The notes below the pieces were generated by a model. The model worked only from the letters and a program-made list of their open reading frames with translations. It was not told the DNA's origin and did not search any database. Of a stretch of DNA of 64,000 nt, positions 58,248-64,000 are shown in pieces. The stretch is from contig OY968796.1 in assembly GCA_963695545.1 (NCBI GenBank), positions 832,001 to 896,000 on the forward strand. Reading direction: 5' to 3'. The translations under genes and the position numbers were made by a program. The stretch is from Terriglobia bacterium (GTDB taxonomy: Bacteria; Acidobacteriota; Terriglobia; Acidiferrales; UBA7541). Position 1 is the stretch's first letter; every line of letters begins with the position of its first letter.

Positions 58248-60617
58248 TCACGCCGCGCTGCTATGCCCCGGCTTCTCGTCTTCTCCGTAATAGTCGTAGC
58301 GGTAATAGCGGTAGTAGTCGTCGCCGGAACGCACGTCGAGATTGTTCAGCACCACGCCGATCAGATTCGCGCCGACGTCTTCGGCGTAACTCTGCGCGCG
58401 CTGAGCCAGCTCGCGCGGCGTCACGCCGCCTTTGACCACCAGAATCACGCCTTCCACCAGCGTCGCGAGAATGCGCGCGTCGGAAACGTTCAATAGAGGC
58501 GGCGAATCCACCACCACGAACTGATACTCGCCGCGCGCCTCGTCGAGCATCGCGCGCATGCGATCTGAGGAAAGCAACTCCGCGGGATTCGGCGGCACCG
58601 GACCGCACACCAGCGCGTCCAGATTTTCTACGCCCGATGGAATCACTGCTGCGCGCCAATCCTTCTGGCCCGTCAGATAACTCACCAGGCCCAGTCCATT
58701 CGCAAGACCCAGCGCCTTGCGAATACTCGGCCGCCGCATGTCGCCATCGATCAGCAACACGCGCTGATTGAGCTGCGCGAGTGAAATCGCCAAATTCACC
58801 GAGACCGTCGTCTTGCCCTCCGATGGACGCGGGCTCGATACCAATAACGTGCGCGGCGGCTGGTTCGCGCTCGAAAGCATCACCGAAGTGCGCAACCCCC
58901 GAAACGCTTCGCCCAGCGCTGCCGGAGGCTCGATGCCGCCCGCGATGCGATACCAACTTTTCGCCGCGCCGTCCGCGCCTCGCGAATGACCGTTGTCGCC
59001 ATTTCCGTTCGCCGCGACAGTTCCATTCGCGCGCGATTCGCTCCCATCCGCGGTCGCGCCGCGATCCGCCAGGCCATACACGCCGTGACGCTGCCCGTTC
59101 AGCGATTCAACCGAAGGAATCAGACCGAGCGCCGGAAGTCCTAGATACCGCTCGATGTCCTCCGAAGATTTCAAACTGTTGTCGAGATGCTCCTGCAAAA
59201 ACGCTCCGCCCACGCCGAGGCCCAGTCCCAGCACGAACGCCAGCGCCAAATTCAGCGGCAGATTGGGCCTCGCCGCCTTACGCGGCGCTACGGCCTCGTC
59301 AACCACGCGGATATTGCTGGCCTTCAGACCGGCTGAAACGCCGGTTTCCTTCAAGCGCTCGAGCAACCCTTCGTAAAGCTGCCGGTTGGTGTCCACTTCG
59401 CGTTTCAAAATGTTGTATTGCACCGAACGCGAAGCGATCTGATCGGCGTCTTGCTGTTGCGCGCCGAAGGCCTGCTGCACCAAATCCTCGCGGCGCACCG
59501 CGGCCTGATAATCGTTGGTCAATTGATCGGCGGCGCGCTGGCGTTCGCGCGCGATCACGCTGGTGATTTTGTCCTCCTGATTTTGTAGCTCCTGAACTTT
59601 GGGATAATCGGCCGTGAAGGTGGTCTCGAGTTGCGCCTTTTGTCTTTCCACATCGGTTAGTTGCTCGGTCAGATCCTCGATCAGCTTGTTGTCCGCCACG
59701 CCCGGCAGCGCGTCGATTTGACCCGCTTGCACCAACCGATAGAGCGATTCCTTTTCATATCGATCTGCCTGTGCGCGCGTCAATTCTTCCTGTAGCTGCC
59801 GCAACCGCTCGTCCACAATGTTTTCTTCCGAGCCTTTGTCGTCCTGCAGATAAAGCAAACCGTTCGCTTGCGCATACGCTTGCATCTGGTTTTCGGATAT
59901 CTCGAGGCGCCCCTTCAAATCGTCGAGTTGCTGCGTCAGCCACTCGGAAGCCCGCTGCGTGGCGTCCCAACGAACGCGCAGATTCTCGTCGATGTCGGCT
60001 TCCGCCAGCGCGTTCACGATGCGCGCCGCCAGCGCCGGATCGCTCGACTCGAAACGAATCTCCACCAGGCGGCTCAACTTCACCGGCTCAACCGACAGCC
60101 GATCCTGAAACACGCCCAGCGCGCGCTCCACCGCCAGCGGATCCGGTGGCGCCATTTGACCGCCCAACACTCCTTCGCCGGCGACCGCGCCCTTGGCCTT
60201 CGGGTTAAATTCCGGCAGCAGGTCCAGTCGCAGTTGCACAATCACCTGCCGCGCAAGCGTGTCGCTCTGCAGAATTTTGTACTCGGTCTCGAGATACGTG
60301 TCCGAAACGGTTTCGAGCTGAAACAGTTCCTGCACGCTCAAAATGTTCGGATTCTCTTTCTCGATTTCAAGAAGCGCGCCGGATTGATAGATCGGCGTTT
60401 CTCTGAGCGTGCCCACCAGCACCAGTGTGAACAGCACGGCGAGGACCGTCAGCACTGTCCACCGCCGCTTGCGCAGCACGCGCCAATAACTCAGAAGGCT
60501 GGTCGATTCCTGCATGTCGAGCGTCGCCGGCCGAATCGCCCGCAGCGCGCGCAAGCGCTCCAGACTCTTGGGAGCCGGCTCGTAGCGCTGGATTTTCGTT
60601 TCCTGCTCGTTCGTCAT
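58248..60617 (-). CDS. wzc: Wzc polysaccharide co-polymerase / BY-kinase (alternative start TTG 60659)
   Basis: Two transmembrane segments flanking a coiled coil, PSEGKTT Walker A, IDGDMRRP, VVDSPP, Tyr cluster YYRYYRYDYY. Confidence 0.93.
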   Translation of the reverse strand: MTNEQETKIQRYEPAPKSLERLRALRAIRPATLDMQESTSLLSYWRVLRKRRWTVLTVLAVLFTLVLVGTLRETPIYQSGALLEIEKENPNILSVQELFQLETVSDTYLETEYKILQSDTLARQVIVQLRLDLLPEFNPKAKGAVAGEGVLGGQMAPPDPLAVERALGVFQDRLSVEPVKLSRLVEIRFESSDPALAARIVNALAEADIDENLRVRWDATQRASEWLTQQLDDLKGRLEISENQMQAYAQANGLLYLQDDKGSEENIVDERLRQLQEELTRAQADRYEKESLYRLVQAGQIDALPGVADNKLIEDLTEQLTDVERQKAQLETTFTADYPKVQELQNQEDKITSVIARERQRAADQLTNDYQAAVRREDLVQQAFGAQQQDADQIASRSVQYNILKREVDTNRQLYEGLLERLKETGVSAGLKASNIRVVDEAVAPRKAARPNLPLNLALAFVLGLGLGVGGAFLQEHLDNSLKSSEDIERYLGLPALGLIPSVESLNGQRHGVYGLADRGATADGSESRANGTVAANGNGDNGHSRGADGAAKSWYRIAGGIEPPAALGEAFRGLRTSVMLSSANQPPRTLLVSSPRPSEGKTTVSVNLAISLAQLNQRVLLIDGDMRRPSIRKALGLANGLGLVSYLTGQKDWRAAVIPSGVENLDALVCGPVPPNPAELLSSDRMRAMLDEARGEYQFVVVDSPPLLNVSDARILATLVEGVILVVKGGVTPRELAQRAQSYAEDVGANLIGVVLNNLDVRSGDDYYRYYRYDYYGEDEKPGHSSAA

Positions 60618-60692
60618 CGTGCCGCCCTTCGCGTGGTCTCGTGCCGCGTGTTCATTCAAATCTCCGACGACGCTTCGTCCGTGCCGCGCCGC

Positions 60693-61787
60693 TCAAAACG
60701 GGTGATAGATCGCGATGCCCGTGGTGATCTGCACGAGCGCCTCGCTGCCGCGATACAATCCCGATCGCGCGGCGCTGTTCGGCACGAAAACGATGTCGCG
60801 CGCTTCCAGTTCGGGATCTGTCTCTTTCCCGCTCAGAACTTTTCCCAGATTGAGTGGAATCTCGATGCGCTTTCCGGTCGCGGGATCCGTGCGGATGATG
60901 CGCGCCTGGCTGCGCGCCGCCGTGGACGTCAAACCCTCGGCCAGCGAAATCGCCTGCAACACCGAAATGTTGGCGTTGGCGTGCAGGGCGAACCCGCCCG
61001 GCCTGTGCACTTCGCCGACCACGTACACCGTACCGGCCTCGCCCACCTTCACGACGTCTCCCGGAAAAACCAGCACGTTGCTTTTCGTGTCGTCGCCTTC
61101 GAGAAGTCCTGCGATGTTGACTTCCGTGGTTAGCCCCGCTTGCGGCGCCGGGTCGTCCACCGCCGCCTCCGCAGATGCCGTTTGATTCACGCCTCCTCCG
61201 CGCACGATCGTCGCTGTGTCGCCCGCGTCGTCGGCTAGGCCCCCGGCCATCGAGAGCACCTCAATCAGCGATTTCGCTCCGCGAATCTGATACACATCGG
61301 GCTTGACCACTGCGCCGAACACCGAAACCCCGTGGCTTTCCATTTCCTTCACGAACACCGTCACTTGCGGATTTTTCATATAGTGAGCGCGCAGCTCGCC
61401 CGCGAGCGACTCCTCAACGTCCTGCGGCGTCTGCCCGGCCACCGGCACCGCGCCGAGCAGCGGCAATGAAATATCTCCGCCGGCGGAGACGCGAACCGTG
61501 CGGCTCAGGTCCGGCACGCCGAACACCGAAATGTCCAGCAAATCCTCAGGACCAATGCGATAGCTCGCCACTTCCGGTGGCAACGCGCGCCGAAGCTCGT
61601 CGAGGCGGCGGTTGATATCCGCCGATGTTCCGCCTTGCCAGGATTCCGCCGCGCTGGCCGGCGAAGATGAACGAGCTGGTGATGAAGATGGAGACGACGA
61701 TGTCTGCGCAAACATCCACGGACACGCCACGCCGAGAGCGCAACTGCCCAACGCCAGAACCGCGACGACAAATCCGCGCACGGACAT
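60693..61787 (-). CDS. wza: Wza-like polysaccharide export protein with SLBB domains
   Basis: YRIGPEDLL.I.V, G.ISLPL.G, NPQVTV, V.GEV.RPG, DIVFVP. Confidence 0.9.
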   Translation of the reverse strand: MSVRGFVVAVLALGSCALGVACPWMFAQTSSSPSSSPARSSSPASAAESWQGGTSADINRRLDELRRALPPEVASYRIGPEDLLDISVFGVPDLSRTVRVSAGGDISLPLLGAVPVAGQTPQDVEESLAGELRAHYMKNPQVTVFVKEMESHGVSVFGAVVKPDVYQIRGAKSLIEVLSMAGGLADDAGDTATIVRGGGVNQTASAEAAVDDPAPQAGLTTEVNIAGLLEGDDTKSNVLVFPGDVVKVGEAGTVYVVGEVHRPGGFALHANANISVLQAISLAEGLTSTAARSQARIIRTDPATGKRIEIPLNLGKVLSGKETDPELEARDIVFVPNSAARSGLYRGSEALVQITTGIAIYHPF

Positions 61788-61913
61788 CACTTTTCCCCCA
61801 CTCACAATCGGTCTTGGAACGTTCGCTGCGCGCCCCCGCTTCTTCTCAGGACGCTCTCGGGTTCGGGAAGAGTTCAGAAATGGAACTCAACCCAGGCGCT
61901 TTCACCCTACCTA

Positions 61914-61931
61914 TTGCAAACGATGGGCCAA
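61914..61931 (-). promoter_or_regulatory. Putative sigma54 (-24/-12) promoter of the EPS operon
   Basis: TTGGCCCATCGTTTGCAA on the minus strand, a GG-N10-GC match, about 125 nt upstream of wza. Confidence 0.6.
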
Positions 61932-62014
61932 CGACGGGATGGATTGGAAAACGCGGACCGAAAAGCTTTCTTCGTTGTGCAGCTTATTTGTTTCAAGTAT
62001 CTTCGCTTGAAGCG

Positions 62015-62794
62015 ATGGTCGATATTCACTGCCACATTCTGCCGGGCTTAGACGACGGCGCCGAGTCCCCAGAAATTTCGTTCCAAATGGCGGAAGCGGC
62101 CATTGCCGATGGCATTACACACGTCGTCGCCACGCCCCACGCCAACACCCGGTTCGCGTTTCGTCCCGAATTGGTACAGCAGCGCCGGGATGAACTTCAG
62201 GCCAAACTCGGCGATCGCCTGCTCCTCGGCACCGGTTGCGATTTCCATTTGAGTTTTGAAAATTTGCGTGACGCGCAGCAGCACCCGCACAAATACACCA
62301 TCAATCAGAAACAATATCTTCTTGTGGAACTCGGCGATTTCGCGATTCCTCCGGCCATCGAAGAAACTTTGCACCACCTCCAACTCGCCGGCGTTGCCCC
62401 GATCATCACTCACCCCGAGCGCAACGCTCTCGTTCGCGCGAAACCCGATCGCCTCTACGGATGGTTGCATCAGGGCTGTTACGTCCAAGTCACGGCGGGC
62501 TCTCTCTTGGGTCGGTTCGGCCGCGGCGCCGCGGAATGGGTGGAGCGGTGGCTCAAAGAGGATCGCATCCATTTTTTTGCAAGCGATGCGCACAATCTGA
62601 CCGGCCGGCCGCTCCGCTTGCGCGAGGCCTACGAAAAGGTTTCCGCGCTGCGCAATGAAAGCGTGGCGCAGGCGTTGTTCGTCGTTAACCCCACCGCAGC
62701 ATTTGAAGGCCGGCCGCTGCCCTACGAACCGGAGCAGCAGGAAGCCCCGCGCGAAGACTCGCCGCGCAAGAAGAAGAGATTTTTCTTTTTCTGA
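62015..62794 (+). CDS. CpsB/CapC PHP-family tyrosine phosphatase
   Basis: DIHCHILPGLDDG, ATPH, THPERN, ASDAH. Confidence 0.92.
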   Translation: MVDIHCHILPGLDDGAESPEISFQMAEAAIADGITHVVATPHANTRFAFRPELVQQRRDELQAKLGDRLLLGTGCDFHLSFENLRDAQQHPHKYTINQKQYLLVELGDFAIPPAIEETLHHLQLAGVAPIITHPERNALVRAKPDRLYGWLHQGCYVQVTAGSLLGRFGRGAAEWVERWLKEDRIHFFASDAHNLTGRPLRLREAYEKVSALRNESVAQALFVVNPTAAFEGRPLPYEPEQQEAPREDSPRKKKRFFFF

Positions 62795-62860
62795 GGGCCG
62801 AAGTTTCTGAGGTGAACCACATTTCGGCGCGTAGCGGCCCCTCCGCGCTCAACCGCACAT

Positions 62861-64000
62861 CTAAGCAAAGATTTCGAGAACGTCTTCGTAGCGCTTGAAC
62901 GGCGCGATCAAATAAGCCCCCGCAAGTTCCGCGCGCGCCCAATCGAGCATGCGCCGCGCGATGCGAAAACCGACTTCGCGCGCCGACGCGCCTGCCGCTT
63001 CCAGTTCGTCGAGCACCGCTTGCGGAATCACAATTCCAGGGACTTCATTGTTCAGTCGCACCGCTTGCTTGTAGCTCACCAGCGGCCAGATCCCGAGCAG
63101 CACGGGCACCGCGCATTTTCCGCCGATGCGTTTTTCAAACGCGTGCCAGTGTTCGGGATCGAACACCGGCTGCGTCATCAGAAAGTGCACGCCCGCGTCA
63201 ACCTTCGCGTGATAGCGATCGATCTCGTATTTCAAATCCTCGGCCAACGGATTGACCGCCGCACCAATCGTGAAATTGGTCGCGCCGCCCAGCGCCTTTC
63301 CGGCCCAATCCGTGCCGCGATTTAATCGTGAGAGCACGTCGACCAATCCGATCGAATCGATCTCATAGACGCCGCTTGATTCCGGATGATCGCCAAGCGA
63401 TGGCGGATCGCCCGTGATGGCCAGAACGTTGCGCACGCCGCCCACGGCCCAGGCGCCCAGCAGCGCGGCCTGCAGACCAATCAGATTCTGATCGCGCGTC
63501 GTGAGGTGCGGAATCGTCTCGATCCCCTCAGCCGCGAGCGCGCCGGCCAATTGCAGCGCGTCCATCCCCACGCGCGCCATCGAGCCGCTATTGATATCGA
63601 TCGCATCCACTTGCCCAGCGGCCATGATCCGTTTCACCTGCTCGAGTGTGCGCTCGAGCTGCGCGCCGCGCGGCGGATCGATTTCCACCGAGACGACAAA
63701 TTTCTTCTCTTGTATCTTTCGCCACAGCGCGCTCTCAGGCTCGCGGCGAAGATCGCGACGCGGCGCAGTTACAACCTCCACGTGCGACGCCGCGGCTGAA
63801 GCGGTTCTCGCCGGCCCCATGTTCCGCGTGGCCTCGGCCAGTGCGCGAATGTGTTCCGGCGTCGTGCCGCAGCATCCGCCCAGAATTCGCACCCCCAGCG
63901 CTACCGCTTCCACCGCGAATTGCGCGAAATATTCAGGCGACGAACGTGGATAAACAATGCGATCCCCGACGCGCTTCGGAAAACCCGCGTTCGGCATGGC
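62861..64000 (-). CDS. Bifunctional homocysteine S-methyltransferase / methylenetetrahydrofolate reductase (YitJ-like); 5'-partial
   Basis: PNAGFP, GGCCGTTPEHI, VSVEIDPP, HLTTRD.N, ITGDP, TQPVFD. Confidence 0.9.
   Translation of the reverse strand, partial: AMPNAGFPKRVGDRIVYPRSSPEYFAQFAVEAVALGVRILGGCCGTTPEHIRALAEATRNMGPARTASAAASHVEVVTAPRRDLRREPESALWRKIQEKKFVVSVEIDPPRGAQLERTLEQVKRIMAAGQVDAIDINSGSMARVGMDALQLAGALAAEGIETIPHLTTRDQNLIGLQAALLGAWAVGGVRNVLAITGDPPSLGDHPESSGVYEIDSIGLVDVLSRLNRGTDWAGKALGGATNFTIGAAVNPLAEDLKYEIDRYHAKVDAGVHFLMTQPVFDPEHWHAFEKRIGGKCAVPVLLGIWPLVSYKQAVRLNNEVPGIVIPQAVLDELEAAGASAREVGFRIARRMLDWARAELAGAYLIAPFKRYEDVLEIFA

Noticed and set aside
1..64000. Prophage, IS elements or defence systems
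   Set aside because: No integrase, transposase, phage structural or recognisable defence-gene motifs were found.

Overview
A GC-rich, gene-dense bacterial chromosomal window. Gene content and intergenic style suggest Acidobacteriota (Terriglobia), which is my inference. The left half (1-31.5 kb) mixes housekeeping genes (efp, purB, rlmN, pgeF, acpS, mtaB, M16/M24/M49 peptidases, YycJ-like MBL hydrolase) with accessory genes (dipZ, carboxylesterase, DUF488, NmrA, metallophosphoesterase, a split TauE pair). The right half (31.8-62.8 kb) is one Wza/Wzc/Wzy-type exopolysaccharide locus, mostly on the minus strand and preceded by a sigma54-like promoter. The most notable signal is a sugar-building module inside this locus: transaldolase, epimerase, GHMP kinase, a UDP-glucose-dehydrogenase-like protein lacking its catalytic Cys, SDR, Gfo/Idh/MocA, GmhA and GmhB. 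Family for family, this resembles the lincosamide GDP-octose pathway (LmbR/M/P/L/Z/N/K), which suggests a deoxy-octose or modified-heptose surface glycan. The locus also has four methyltransferase domains, two GT fusions, and a priming glycosyltransferase frameshifted at a T9 tract. Other oddities are an EF-P with Asn at the loop tip followed in frame by a GT2, two genes apparently starting at ATC, and a structured AT-rich intergenic element with its own strong promoter. I saw no rRNA, tRNA, CRISPR array, transposase or integrase. All family calls come from motif recognition; no database searches were run.
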